Assembly: GCA_963704885.1 (NCBI GenBank)
Contig: CAVPIB010000001.1
Coordinates: 928,001 to 992,000, forward strand
DNA: 64,000 bases
DNA from: an uncultured Actinomycetes bacterium
Lineage (GTDB): Bacteria; Actinomycetota; UBA4738; HRBIN12
Direction of reading: 5' to 3'
Below, one piece after another: positions 26,950 through 37,238 of the stretch. A program made the translations under genes and the position numbers. The notes beneath the pieces were generated by a model that was given only the letters and a program-made list of their open reading frames with translations, was not told the origin of the DNA and did no database searches. The first letter of the stretch is position 1. Every line of letters begins with the position of its first letter.

Positions 26950-27995
26950 GGGTCGCGGTCCTGCATCCACAGACGGCTTTCGTGCGCGGCGGCGCCGAGA
27001 CGCACGCGGAGGGACTGGTCCGCGCCCTGCGGGCCGCCGGCCACGAGGCCGACCTGGTCCAGATCGCCGGGAAGTGGTACCCGGCAGCGCAGCTCGCGCA
27101 TCAGATGGCGGTGTGGCGGAGCTTCGACATCACCGAGTCGAACGGTTTGAACGTGGATGCAGTGATCGGCCTGAAGTTCCCGGCGTACCTGGTTGAGCAT
27201 GAGCGCAAGATCGTGTGGCTGATGCATCAGCACCGCACCGCGTACGAGTTGTGGGATCACCCCGTGTACGCCGACCTCTCCCGCCAGGAAGACGGTGCCG
27301 CCGTCAGAGACATGGTCTGGAACGCCGACCGTCTGGCGCTGAACGAGGCGAAGCGTGTCTTCACGAACTCGCGGAACGTGAAGGATCGGCTGTGGAGCTC
27401 GCTGCGGATCGCGTCCGACGTGCTGTACCACCCGTCGCCAGCGATGGAGCACCTGCTGGATCTGCCGACGGGCCCGCTGGGCGACGCCATCGTCTTCCCC
27501 AGCCGGATGGAGAGCCTGAAGCGTCAGTCGCTCGTCATCGACGCCATGGCGCACGTGAAGACCGACGTGACGCTCCTCCTGATCGGCAAGGGACCCGATG
27601 AGCCGGCGCTCCGCGATCAGGTGGAACGGCTCGGCGTGGGCGACCGGGTGCGGTTCGAGATCGGGGTGAGCGATGAGCGGTTGTACCAGCTATACGAGAG
27701 CGCGCTGGGCGTCTACTACGGGCCGTTCGATGAGGATTACGGCTACGTGACACTCGAGGGGTTCGCGGCCGGCCGGCCGGTCGTGACGCTCAGCGACAGC
27801 GGCGGCCCTCTCGAATTCGTGGTCGACGGCCAGACGGGGCTGGTCGCAGAGCCCGAGCCCAAGGCGATCGCCGAGGCCTTCGATCGGCTCTATCGCGATC
27901 GCGATCTGGCGGCCCGGCTGGGCGCGGCCGGCGACGCGCTGGTCCGCACCGAAGTGCCCCGCTGGCCCGACGTCGTGGCGCGACTGCTCGACTGA
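26946..27995 (+). CDS. GT4 glycosyltransferase
   Basis: FVRGGAE, KFPAY, SRMESLKRQ, DEDYGYVTLEGF, DSGGPLEFV. Confidence 0.92.
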   Translation: MRVAVLHPQTAFVRGGAETHAEGLVRALRAAGHEADLVQIAGKWYPAAQLAHQMAVWRSFDITESNGLNVDAVIGLKFPAYLVEHERKIVWLMHQHRTAYELWDHPVYADLSRQEDGAAVRDMVWNADRLALNEAKRVFTNSRNVKDRLWSSLRIASDVLYHPSPAMEHLLDLPTGPLGDAIVFPSRMESLKRQSLVIDAMAHVKTDVTLLLIGKGPDEPALRDQVERLGVGDRVRFEIGVSDERLYQLYESALGVYYGPFDEDYGYVTLEGFAAGRPVVTLSDSGGPLEFVVDGQTGLVAEPEPKAIAEAFDRLYRDRDLAARLGAAGDALVRTEVPRWPDVVARLLD

Positions 27996-29332
27996 TGGCG
28001 CGCTCCTTGGTCCGAAGGGTCATGCGAGTGACCTCGCCGGCAGCGCCCGGCTCGGTCGGCGAGCTGGTCTTCTCCGGTCCCATGCCTCCGGCGCCGACCG
28101 GCATCGCGAGCTACGACCGGGCCGTCTTGGACGGTTTGCGACGCATCGGCTTCTTCGACAGGCACCGCATGGACGTCCTGTCGCCGATCCAACCGAAGGA
28201 CACTCCGCGCCTGCCCGGGTTCCGACTTGGGGTCTTCCAGCTGGGGAACAACGTCGAGTTCCACCTGGAGGCCTACCGGGCAGCGTTCCTCACGCAGGCG
28301 GCGCTCGTTGTGCTGCACGACCTGGCGCTCGACGACTTCGTCCGCGGCCTCCGCACGCTGGGCGATCCGCTCGGGTTCATGGCCACGCGGGAGGCCGCGT
28401 CGCTCCGTCGGAACCTGAGATCGCCGGACGTGATGCGCAACGAGCCGTTGCGCGAGCCCTGGTGCGCGCACGTCGCTCGCCGTGCTCGAGGGATCGTGGT
28501 CCACGCCGAGTTCTGCAAGCGGTACCTGGAAGAGCTCGGCTGCAGGACGCCGGTGTTCGTGGTCCCGCATCCGGTGATGGAGTCCGAGAGCGACATGCGC
28601 AGAGCGACCGGCCGCGTTCGCGAGTTCCGGATGGGACCGGAGGCGAGGGGGATGCGTTCGCTCGTGGTCGTCCCCGGCGACCTCAACCAGGCGAAGCGGA
28701 TCGACGCCGTCCTCGCTTCCGTCCACCTCGTGGATCCGTCCGTCCATGTGGCGCTCGTGGGCCGCAGGATCGAGGGCTACGACATCGAGCGCGTCGTCGA
28801 GGAGGCCCGGCTGGGGCAGCGGGTGACCCTTGCGACCGACGTGTCCGATGACGACTTCCGCGCATGGCTCGCGGCCGCCGACGCGGTGGTGGATCTGCGC
28901 TTCCCGCACCGCGGTGAGGTGAGCGGATCGCTGATGCGCGCGATGCAGGTCGGCAAGCCTGCCGTCGTCTCCGCCACGGGCACCTACCTGGACGCGCCGG
29001 ACGACGCCGTCCTGCGCGTGGCGCCGGGTCCGCCTGATCCCTCAGAGCTGTCCGCGCGCCTGCGAATGTTGCTCGAGGACGATGCCCTCCGGTCGAGGAT
29101 GGGCCAGGCGGGTCGTGCCTATGTCGAGGCTCTTCGCACCTCTGAGGCCACGGCGAGGGGGTATGAACTTGCGATCGAGGCGACCCTCACCCTCGTCCGC
29201 GACCCGGCGCACAAGGCGCTCGGGATCTGGGGCAAGGCCTTGGCCGACATGGGGGCAGACGAGGCCGACCTGCGCGAGGGTCTCGGCCTGGACTACGCCC
29301 GCGCCCTGGCCACGTTCCAGGGAACGCCATAG
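27995..29332 (+). CDS. GT4 glycosyltransferase
   Basis: PMPPAPTGIASY, FQLGNN..H, VVLHD, LRFPHRGEVSGSLMRAM. Confidence 0.88.
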   Translation: MARSLVRRVMRVTSPAAPGSVGELVFSGPMPPAPTGIASYDRAVLDGLRRIGFFDRHRMDVLSPIQPKDTPRLPGFRLGVFQLGNNVEFHLEAYRAAFLTQAALVVLHDLALDDFVRGLRTLGDPLGFMATREAASLRRNLRSPDVMRNEPLREPWCAHVARRARGIVVHAEFCKRYLEELGCRTPVFVVPHPVMESESDMRRATGRVREFRMGPEARGMRSLVVVPGDLNQAKRIDAVLASVHLVDPSVHVALVGRRIEGYDIERVVEEARLGQRVTLATDVSDDDFRAWLAAADAVVDLRFPHRGEVSGSLMRAMQVGKPAVVSATGTYLDAPDDAVLRVAPGPPDPSELSARLRMLLEDDALRSRMGQAGRAYVEALRTSEATARGYELAIEATLTLVRDPAHKALGIWGKALADMGADEADLREGLGLDYARALATFQGTP

Positions 29333-29360
29333 AACCTTCGAAGGTCGCGTGGTGACCCGT

Positions 29361-29369
29361 TGCTAGACT
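29361..29369 (+). promoter_or_regulatory. Extended -10 promoter upstream of wzm
   Basis: TGCTAGACT (TGn + TAGACT). Confidence 0.5.
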
Positions 29370-29415
29370 CGGACGCACCGCGCCTGGCCAGCGCATCTAT
29401 CCGAGGAGCCACGTC

Positions 29416-30330
29416 ATCACCGCTACCCTGAACATCACCGAGCGCACGTCGGAGTCCCTGCATCTGCATCCGGGACACCGGATCCGCGAGCTGTTCGCAC
29501 ATCGGGAGATCCTGCTCAACCTGGTTCGCAAGGAGCTGAAGGTCAAGTACACGGCGTCGGTGCTCGGCGCGATCTGGTCGATCCTCAACCCGATCGTCTT
29601 CCTGGCGGTCTTCACGTTCGTGGTGAAGATCCTCGGTAACGAGACGCCGCACTACCCGGTGTTCCTGCTCTCCGGTCTGCTCGCGTGGAACCTCTTCTCG
29701 GTCGCGGTGGGCAACGGAACCAGGTCGGTGATCGACAACGGCAACCTGGTGAAGAAGGTGGCCTTCCCACGCGAGATCTTGCCTCTGTCCGTGGTCGGCG
29801 TGGCGATCGTCGACTTCGTGTTGCAGTCGGGCGTCCTGCTGCTCTTCATGCTGGTGAGCGGCTACGGGTTCCACCTGGCGGCGTTGGTGCTCTACCCGCT
29901 GTCGTTCGTGACGCTCCTGGTGTTCACGACCGCGCTCGTCTTCTGGGTGTCGGCTCTCAACGTCCGTTACCGCGACGTGCAGCACCTGATAGGCCTGGCC
30001 CTCCTGGTGTGGTTCTGGATGACGCCGATCGTCTATCAGGCCGGCCTGGTCCACGACAAGCTCACCGATCCGAGCGCTCCGTGGTCACCACATCTGTGGA
30101 CCGTCTACATGTTGAACCCGCTCACCCCGATCGTGTCGGGGTTCCAGCGCGCCTTGTACGCGGCGGTGTCGCCGGTGGTGGATGGCCAGGCGGTCGCCGT
30201 CTTACCCCAAGTGAGCGTCTCCTGGCTGGTCGGGGTGATCGCCCTGTTCCTGCTGGGATCTCTCGTACTCCTCCTCGGCACCTGGCGGCTCTTCTTCCGC
30301 CTCTCGGCAGACTTCGCGGAGGAGCTTTGA
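29416..30330 (+). CDS. wzm: ABC-2 polysaccharide export permease (Wzm), probable ATC start
   Basis: Conserved ELFAHREILLNLVRKELKVKYTASVLG lies upstream of the first canonical start (29560); SD GAGGAG 7 nt before in-frame ATC; LVKKVAFPRE, YRDVQH, TPIVY, LNPL motifs. Confidence 0.88.
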   Translation: MTATLNITERTSESLHLHPGHRIRELFAHREILLNLVRKELKVKYTASVLGAIWSILNPIVFLAVFTFVVKILGNETPHYPVFLLSGLLAWNLFSVAVGNGTRSVIDNGNLVKKVAFPREILPLSVVGVAIVDFVLQSGVLLLFMLVSGYGFHLAALVLYPLSFVTLLVFTTALVFWVSALNVRYRDVQHLIGLALLVWFWMTPIVYQAGLVHDKLTDPSAPWSPHLWTVYMLNPLTPIVSGFQRALYAAVSPVVDGQAVAVLPQVSVSWLVGVIALFLLGSLVLLLGTWRLFFRLSADFAEEL

Positions 30331-31508
30331 GTACGGCGATCGACGTCGACGGCATCTCGAAGGTCTTCCGGCTGTTTCGCGAACGCCCTAGCTCCATCAA
30401 GCAGCGGATGCTCTCGGGCAGGATGCGCGCCGAGGACTTCTGGGCCCTGCGCGACATCGCGTTCGAGGTCGAGGAGGGATCTTCGCTCGGGCTGATCGGA
30501 CACAACGGGTCGGGCAAGACCACGCTCCTCAAGTGCATAGCGGGGATCCTGCGGCCGACGTCCGGTGTGATCCGGTACCGCGGCCGCGTCGCCGCTCTCC
30601 TCGAGCTTGGTGCCGGCTTCCACCCGGAGCTGACGGGCCGCGAGAACGTCTACCTGAACGCCTCGTTCCTGGGGCTCTCGCGCAAGGAGACCGACCGGGT
30701 CTTCGACGACATCGTGGCGTTCGCCGAGCTCCAGGACTTCATGGACAACCAGGTCAAGTTCTACTCCTCGGGGATGCTCGTGCGCCTCGGCTTCGCGGTC
30801 GCCGTTCACGTCGACCCGGACATCCTGCTGATCGACGAGGTACTCGCGGTGGGCGACGAGGCCTTCCAAGCGAAGTGCCTGGACCGCGTCAGGAGCTTTC
30901 AGGCCGAAGGTCGCACCATCGTGTTGGTGACCCACGCGCTGGACACCGTGCGCGACGTGTGCGACCGAGCGGTGATGCTCGATCACGGACGGGTCCACGC
31001 AAGAGGGTTGCCCGACGACGTGGTGCGAGAGATGCGCTACGTGCTGCTGGGGGTGACCGACCCGGGGTTCGTGCCCGAGGAGGGGACCCGTGAGGCCGAG
31101 ATCTCCTCTGTGGAGCTGATCCGCGCCTCAGGCAAGAGCGACGGACCCGTGCTCCGCGACGACCCGCTCACCATCCAGGTCGACGTTCACGCGAACCAGC
31201 CCGTGGCCGACCTGGACGTGGATTTCGCGATCATGGACGGGGCCACCAATCACCCGATCATGGCCGAGCGAACCTCCGCGCACGGGATCGAGGTGGACCG
31301 TTTCGACGGCAAGAAGCGCGTTCGGTTCCGGATCCCGGCGTTCCCCTACGCGGCGGGCAAGTACTGGGTCACGATCGGCCTCTCGTCGTGCGAGAACGGC
31401 CACCTGTATCACGTGCAGACGCAGCGTTACCTGTTCGAGGTGATCGAGGTTCCGCGCGTGCAGGAGCCGATCGACATCGCGGTCCAGGCTGAGGTCGAGG
31501 ACCTGTGA
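30327..31508 (+). CDS. wzt: ABC polysaccharide export ATPase (Wzt) with C-terminal Wzt_C domain
   Basis: FWALRDI, GHNGSGKTT, YSSGMLVRLGF, LLIDEVLAVGD; TTG start overlapping the wzm stop. Confidence 0.93.
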   Translation: MSTAIDVDGISKVFRLFRERPSSIKQRMLSGRMRAEDFWALRDIAFEVEEGSSLGLIGHNGSGKTTLLKCIAGILRPTSGVIRYRGRVAALLELGAGFHPELTGRENVYLNASFLGLSRKETDRVFDDIVAFAELQDFMDNQVKFYSSGMLVRLGFAVAVHVDPDILLIDEVLAVGDEAFQAKCLDRVRSFQAEGRTIVLVTHALDTVRDVCDRAVMLDHGRVHARGLPDDVVREMRYVLLGVTDPGFVPEEGTREAEISSVELIRASGKSDGPVLRDDPLTIQVDVHANQPVADLDVDFAIMDGATNHPIMAERTSAHGIEVDRFDGKKRVRFRIPAFPYAAGKYWVTIGLSSCENGHLYHVQTQRYLFEVIEVPRVQEPIDIAVQAEVEDL

Positions 31509-31933
31509 GCACCTCCGCTCCCACTCAGGTTCCCACATCGGATGAAGGGAAAGGCCACGCCATGCTCATAGGACTCATCCTCGTCTCGGTATCGCTCGCG
31601 GCACTGGCCCAGCTCACCTTGAAACACGGGGTGAACCAGGCGACGGCCGAATCGGGGGCCCTTCAGCTCACGAGCGCCTCTATCAGGAACGTCGTTTCCA
31701 CGCCGGCCGTGTGGGGTGGTCTGTTCCTGTTCGGCCTGTCCGCGGTCGTCTGGCTCGCGGTCCTGTCGCGGACGTCGCTCTCCTTCGCCTATCCGTTCGC
31801 CTCGCTCACGTACGTGTTGATCCTGTTGGCGGACCGGTTCGTGCTGCATGAGACGATCCCACCCCTGCGGTGGGCGGGGGTGGCGTTCATCATGCTCGGC
31901 ATCGTCTTCGTAGCCCAGACGCGCCACGCATGA
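31505..31933 (+). CDS. EamA/SMR-like small membrane protein (ArnE/F-like flippase)
   Basis: AQLTLKHG, WLAVLSRTSLSFAYPFASLTYV, LHETIPPLRWAG. Confidence 0.85.
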   Translation: MSTSAPTQVPTSDEGKGHAMLIGLILVSVSLAALAQLTLKHGVNQATAESGALQLTSASIRNVVSTPAVWGGLFLFGLSAVVWLAVLSRTSLSFAYPFASLTYVLILLADRFVLHETIPPLRWAGVAFIMLGIVFVAQTRHA

Positions 31934-32799
31934 GCGAAGCGCCCCCAGCCGAGCTCGCGGTGGTGATCGTCAACTTCAACGCCGCCGACTACCTGGAGCG
32001 TTGCCTCGAGTCGCTCGAGACCCGCCGGGGCGACCTCGCCCTCGACGTCTTGGTGATCGACAACGCTTCCCACGACGGCAGCCACGTGAGGGCGCTGGCT
32101 GCCCACCCGTGGGCCCGGCTGATCGAGAACGACCGGAACGTCTATCTCTCGCCCGCCTGGAATCAGGGGATCAAGGCGACATCGGCGCCGTTCGTGCTGC
32201 TCCTCAACCCGGACACCGAGTGGTGGAAGGGAACCCTGGCCGACTACGTCGAGGTCGCGCGCTCCCATCCGCGCGCCGGGATAGTGGGGCCGATGGTGCG
32301 TAACACCGACGGGTCCATGTATCCGAGCGGACGGCCCTTCCCGAGCGTCGCGGACGCCGTGGGCCACGCGTTCCTCGGACCGATCTCACCGCGGAACCGG
32401 TTCACGCGCCGATACCACCTGGATGGATGGGATCGCACTGCCGAACGCCGCGTCGACTGGGTCTCGGGCTGCTGCATGCTGATCCCGCGCGCGGCGTTCG
32501 ACGACGTCGGGCTCTTCGACGAGTCCTTCCTGCTTTACGGCGAGGAGCTCGACTTCGCCTCACGGCTGCAGGACGCCGGATGGACCGTGCTCTTCACGCC
32601 GGTAGTGGAGATCCTGCACGAGCTCGGCGTGTCGACGGGTCGCTCGCGCGGCATGACGATCAGGCACTCGCAGAGCGTATATCGCTACTACCGCAAGCAT
32701 CGCGCGCGAGGATGGCGGAGACTAACTCTGCCGCTCGCGTGGATCACCCTCCGACTGCGCGCGGAGTTGGCTTGGCTGATGGGGAGGTCCGCGCGATGA
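31930..32799 (+). CDS. GT2 glycosyltransferase, WbbL-like rhamnosyltransferase
   Basis: VVIVNFN, IDNASHDGS, LLLNPD, VDWVSGCC, FDESFLLYGEELD. Confidence 0.88.
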   Translation: MSEAPPAELAVVIVNFNAADYLERCLESLETRRGDLALDVLVIDNASHDGSHVRALAAHPWARLIENDRNVYLSPAWNQGIKATSAPFVLLLNPDTEWWKGTLADYVEVARSHPRAGIVGPMVRNTDGSMYPSGRPFPSVADAVGHAFLGPISPRNRFTRRYHLDGWDRTAERRVDWVSGCCMLIPRAAFDDVGLFDESFLLYGEELDFASRLQDAGWTVLFTPVVEILHELGVSTGRSRGMTIRHSQSVYRYYRKHRARGWRRLTLPLAWITLRLRAELAWLMGRSAR

Positions 32800-33818
32800 A
32801 GGCCGTCGTACTCGTCGGTGGTGAGGGAACGCGGCTCCGCCCGCTCACCGAGACCATGCCCAAGCCGCTCGTGCCGCTGATGGATCGACCGTCCCTCGAC
32901 CACGTTTTGGATCACCTGGCCCGCCATGGCGTGCACGAGGTTGTGCTTTCGTCGCCGTACCTCGAGGAGACCTTCGAACCGTTCATCGATTCCCGCCATG
33001 GGGACCCTGCCATCACCTGGATCACGGAGGCGTCGCCACTCGGAACGGGCGGAGCGATCGTGAACGCGCTGGGTGCTCTCGGATCGGATGAGGCCTTCTT
33101 CGCGTTGAACGGCGACATCCTGACCGACCTGGACCTGTCGGCGATGCGCGCGTTCCACCTGGAGCGAGGCGCCGCCGTTACGATCGCCCTGCATCACGTG
33201 GAGGACACGCGGGCATTCGGTGTGGTCGCCACCCAGGACGATGGACGGGTCCTCGAGTTCCGCGAGAAGCCTCGGGAAGCCGCGTCCGGTGACATCAACG
33301 CGGGCACGTACCTGCTAGATCCGTCGGTGCTCGCGGGATGGACGAGGGGTGAGCAGATCTCCATCGAACGCGACGTCTTCCCGGAGGTGATCGGGTCAGG
33401 ACACCCCGTGTTCGGGTTCCGAAACCAGGCGTACTGGCTCGACCTTGGCACACCGGCCCAGTACCTGCAGGCACACTTCGATCTGTTCGAGGGCAAGGTT
33501 CAAGGCGTCACCTACCCGTCGCCGTGGGTTGAGCCGAGCGCCGGCTTGGACCTACAGGCTCACGTAGGACGGTGGGTCGCGATCGGCGCAGGCGTCGTGG
33601 TTGGCCCCGAGGCGCAGATCGACGACTCCGTCCTGCACGCGGGCGCGATCGTCGGCGCGGGGGCGCGCATCGTGGCATCGGTCCTGGGCCGCGGCGCGAG
33701 CGTTGGAGCCGAGGCGACGCTCATGGGTTGTGTGCTCGGCGAGGGTTCGACGGTGCCCGAGGGGTTCGCGCTCGACGGCGCGAGGGTGCCTGCCGGCACG
33801 ACGGCCGTCGCGGAGTGA
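32796..33818 (+). CDS. Mannose-1-phosphate guanylyltransferase / NDP-sugar synthase
   Basis: MKAVVLVGGEGTRLRPLT..PKPL, PLGTGGAI, LNGDIL, INAGTY, SIER, YWLDLGTP. Confidence 0.9.
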   Translation: MKAVVLVGGEGTRLRPLTETMPKPLVPLMDRPSLDHVLDHLARHGVHEVVLSSPYLEETFEPFIDSRHGDPAITWITEASPLGTGGAIVNALGALGSDEAFFALNGDILTDLDLSAMRAFHLERGAAVTIALHHVEDTRAFGVVATQDDGRVLEFREKPREAASGDINAGTYLLDPSVLAGWTRGEQISIERDVFPEVIGSGHPVFGFRNQAYWLDLGTPAQYLQAHFDLFEGKVQGVTYPSPWVEPSAGLDLQAHVGRWVAIGAGVVVGPEAQIDDSVLHAGAIVGAGARIVASVLGRGASVGAEATLMGCVLGEGSTVPEGFALDGARVPAGTTAVAE

Positions 33819-33877
33819 ATAACCGGTCCGGCCGTGCCGATGTGTTACGGTGCCGGCTCCTACCGGGTACACATCCG

Positions 33878-35602
33878 ATGCGACGTATACGTTCTCTCGC
33901 AATCATCGTGGCCGTCTCGGCGGCCTTCCTCCCCGCAGGCTCCGCGTCTGCGGGCGGTTCGTTCACCCTCTACGGGTCCGGCTGGGGTCACGGGCTCGGG
34001 CTCTCGCAGTGGGGGGCGTACGGCCTGGCGAAACAGGGATGGAACGCGCGGCAGATCCTCACCCACTTCTACAGCGGCACCAAGGTGGAGGAGGCCCAGC
34101 AGCCGCCGAAGGAGATCCGAGTCGCGCTCGCGACGGGTGTGAAGCGGATCCATCTCAAGGCGACCGGTGGTCCTGCGCGCCTGTGGGCGAAGGCCCCGGG
34201 CGGCAAACCGATCGGGACGATCGCTGAGGGGACGACCTGGACGGTGAGGGCGGTCGCCGGCTCGTATCGGGTGCTCGACGCCGCCGGGGCCGTCGTGGGC
34301 GACGATGATTGGGGCTCGCCCACGACGAACCTCTACGTGACCTACGCGGACGATGACGCTCGCGTCACCTCACCGGAGGGCGGCGCCACCTACAACCGGG
34401 GCCATCTGGAGTTCAACCTCACCGGATGTCCCGACGGATGCTCGTTGCGGTTGATCGTGCAGGTTCCGTTCGAGGAGTACCTCTTCGGCATCGGCGAGGT
34501 CCCGAGCAGCTGGCCGAAGGAATCCTTGCGGGCTCAGGCGATCGCGGCACGGAGCTTCGCTCTCTACAAGATCCGCAAGTACGGCGTGCAGGAGTCGTGC
34601 AACTGTCACGTGTACGACGGTTCGAACGACCAGGTCTACGTCGGCTGGGACAAGGAGGGTGGCACCGACGGCCACCGCTGGCGCAAGGCGGCAACCTCCA
34701 CCGCGAACAAGATCGTGACGTACAAGGGCACGGTCGCGCTCACCGTGTTCACGGCCTCCGACGGAGGTCATACCGAGGATCTGAACGTGCAGTGGGGAAC
34801 CCCTTTGGCGTCGTATCCGTACCTGGCGGGCGTCTGCGATCCAGGAGAGAACACGTCGGCCAACCCGTGGACCTATTGGAGCCGTACCTTCTCGGCCGGC
34901 GCCCTTACCTCGGCGCTCTCGCCGTACACGGGCGATATCGGCACCGTGTCTGGGTTCGGCAAGGTCCGGCGCGGCGTCTCGGGCAGGATCGTTGACGCCG
35001 TGGTGCGCGGCGACTCCGGCGACGGCTCGGTCACCGGCAGCGAGCTCCGTTCGGCGCTCTCGCTCCCGGACGATCGCGTGTGGATAAACAGCGACCGGAA
35101 CGTGCTCGGCGCTATCCGGACGAAGTACGACTCCGTCATGTGCGAGCCGGGACTCCCAACGTCGACCACCAAGGCATTGCCCGGCGGGAGCCGTCAGGTG
35201 TTCGCCACCGGGGCCATCTACCGCAACGTCGACTCGGATGTGACCGTGTGGCTGAAGGGCCCCACCTACCACGAGTACCTGCAGGTGGGTGGAGCGCCCG
35301 GCACCCTGGGCCTGCCCATCGGGGACCCGGTGAACCTGGCCACCGTTCGAGGGCTCTCGTGCCCGAACGGCTGTTCCCGCGTCGATTTCGCCCACGGACG
35401 GGTTCTCTGGAAGTCGGGCATCGGGGCGCACGCCTTGTGGGGAGACGTGCTCCAGGCATACCTGGCTCGCGGCGGCGCCTCCGGCGTGCTGGGGTTCCCT
35501 ACGTCACGGGTTCGGCTGGATGACGACGGAGGAGCATCGGCGACGTTCGAGCACGGAACCATCTCGTGCTCCGGCGACACGTGTCACGCCAGGTCGAGCT
35601 GA
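33878..35602 (+). CDS. SpoIID/LytB-domain cell-wall protein with C-terminal LGFP repeats
   Basis: Signal peptide; GWGHGLGLSQWGA..IL.HFYSG; EEYLFGIGEVPSSW..LRAQAIAARS; LGLPI and LGFPTS repeats. Confidence 0.88.
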   Translation: MRRIRSLAIIVAVSAAFLPAGSASAGGSFTLYGSGWGHGLGLSQWGAYGLAKQGWNARQILTHFYSGTKVEEAQQPPKEIRVALATGVKRIHLKATGGPARLWAKAPGGKPIGTIAEGTTWTVRAVAGSYRVLDAAGAVVGDDDWGSPTTNLYVTYADDDARVTSPEGGATYNRGHLEFNLTGCPDGCSLRLIVQVPFEEYLFGIGEVPSSWPKESLRAQAIAARSFALYKIRKYGVQESCNCHVYDGSNDQVYVGWDKEGGTDGHRWRKAATSTANKIVTYKGTVALTVFTASDGGHTEDLNVQWGTPLASYPYLAGVCDPGENTSANPWTYWSRTFSAGALTSALSPYTGDIGTVSGFGKVRRGVSGRIVDAVVRGDSGDGSVTGSELRSALSLPDDRVWINSDRNVLGAIRTKYDSVMCEPGLPTSTTKALPGGSRQVFATGAIYRNVDSDVTVWLKGPTYHEYLQVGGAPGTLGLPIGDPVNLATVRGLSCPNGCSRVDFAHGRVLWKSGIGAHALWGDVLQAYLARGGASGVLGFPTSRVRLDDDGGASATFEHGTISCSGDTCHARSS

Positions 35603-35620
35603 TCACCTTCCGCCCTCAGG

Positions 35621-36394
35621 TCAGCAGCCCGGACCCAAGTTCCCTTCGGGGGCGTTGGACGTGCAGACGAATCCCTCGATGAACCCGCGAGCGATCGTAG
35701 TTGTCTGAGGACCCGACACGGCAGCCGGACAGGTCTGCAGCTTGTTCCACGCAGTGAGCGCCAGCGCGGCGCCATCGGGCAAACCCTCGTATGGCGCCAG
35801 GATCACGTTGTCCGTGGCGTTCGCGATCGTAGTGAGCCGGGCGACCTTCGCGGCGGAGAGCGCTCCGTCACCGGATCCGCGGTAGTACATGATCACAGCC
35901 CCGTGCTCCAGGTTATGGACGGCCTTCGTCTCGAGGAGCGGCGCGTCGTAGACGTGGGGAGGGATGGGCATGGGCGACGTGTCGTGGAAGCCTGATGTGG
36001 CCGGGTGTTGGTCGTACGTGTAGCTGGCGCCGGCTTCGAGGTGCTGGTTACCCGGGGCGCTTGACACCGGGGAGTCGATGGTGCTGCAAGCCGCAGCCTC
36101 TGCCGCCTGGATCGCAGCCTCGGGGATCTCACGCGGGCTCGCGGCCCGCTGAAAGAAGAACACGATCCCGATGGCCACCACCGTGACCCCCGCGAAGTAG
36201 ACGCCCCGCCGCAGGAGCGAGGCGCGCCTCGCTCGCTTGCGCTCGTACTCCCTCGCTCGGCGGGCCTGTTCCTTGCGTTCCCGTCGTTCGGTGCTCGCAC
36301 CCGACGCACGCTGAGCTGGGACAGTGGCGCCACGCTGACCAGCGCCGCTCGATCCCGCGGCGCGGCGCGGCCTCCGCTTCTTCCTGGTCGTCAT
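35621..36394 (-). CDS. DUF3105 domain membrane-anchored protein
   Basis: Basic N-terminus + TM; PATSGFH, VHNLEHGAVIMYY, ALTAW. Confidence 0.88.
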   Translation of the reverse strand: MTTRKKRRPRRAAGSSGAGQRGATVPAQRASGASTERRERKEQARRAREYERKRARRASLLRRGVYFAGVTVVAIGIVFFFQRAASPREIPEAAIQAAEAAACSTIDSPVSSAPGNQHLEAGASYTYDQHPATSGFHDTSPMPIPPHVYDAPLLETKAVHNLEHGAVIMYYRGSGDGALSAAKVARLTTIANATDNVILAPYEGLPDGAALALTAWNKLQTCPAAVSGPQTTTIARGFIEGFVCTSNAPEGNLGPGC

Positions 36395-36398
36395 AGCG

Positions 36399-37238
36399 CT
36401 ACATCGCCGCGCCCGGCTCGCGGGCGACGCCCTCGTAGGTCCTGCCGTCGTAGACGGGGAACTCGTACTGCGAGGTGAAATCGAAGGCAACGGCCAGATC
36501 GACGGCCGTGCAGGTCTGCAGCCGATGCCAGCTCACGAGGGCCATCTGCACGCCGGCGGGGAGCTGACCGGCCGCGCCCTCTTCCGGGTAGTCGTAGGGC
36601 GCCACGATCACTCGATCTTGACCCACGCTCGCGTCGGACGGCCGTTGACCGTAGAACGCCTTCAGGTCGGCTACCGCCTGGGGATCCGCGTCCGGGGAGT
36701 ACCAGACGACGACGCCGCCGTGCTCCATGGAATGGAGCGTCTGCAGGAGTGCCGGGGGTGACTCGTAGATCCCGTCGGGGAGCGGGTTAGCCTCGTGCGG
36801 ACCTGAGGCCGGGGGGATGGTCGCGTACGTGGAAAGGGCGGGAGCGGTCGTGAACTCACCGGTTGCGCCGATGTGCGTGTGGTCGATGTCGGGGTCGTCG
36901 CCTGGGACGTCGTTGTAGTTGGCGGTCGCCTGCACCGTGTCGCACCCGGCGGACGTCTGGGCGGCCGAGGCTTGCGCAAGCAACTCGTCCGCCGAGGGGA
37001 TCGATCCGCTGCCCGAACCCCCTGAGGACCCCGAGTTCGTCATGAACACGGCCACGACGGCGACCGCCACTGCGAGGACCACGAACACCAGGCCCACTCG
37101 GCGGTTCCGGCGGCGCCGTCCCATCGCCCGTTGGATCTCCTCGCGCTTTAGGCGTGCCTCCTCGCGGCGCTCGGCTTTGGTTGGGCGTCGATCTGGGTTG
37201 TCGCTCGGGCCCGATCCACCCCGGTTGGTTCCTGCCAC
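36399..37238 (-). CDS. DUF3105 domain membrane-anchored protein (tandem paralog)
   Basis: PPASGPH, LHSMEHGGVVVWY, VIVAPY, ALVSW. Confidence 0.88.
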   Translation of the reverse strand: MAGTNRGGSGPSDNPDRRPTKAERREEARLKREEIQRAMGRRRRNRRVGLVFVVLAVAVAVVAVFMTNSGSSGGSGSGSIPSADELLAQASAAQTSAGCDTVQATANYNDVPGDDPDIDHTHIGATGEFTTAPALSTYATIPPASGPHEANPLPDGIYESPPALLQTLHSMEHGGVVVWYSPDADPQAVADLKAFYGQRPSDASVGQDRVIVAPYDYPEEGAAGQLPAGVQMALVSWHRLQTCTAVDLAVAFDFTSQYEFPVYDGRTYEGVAREPGAAM

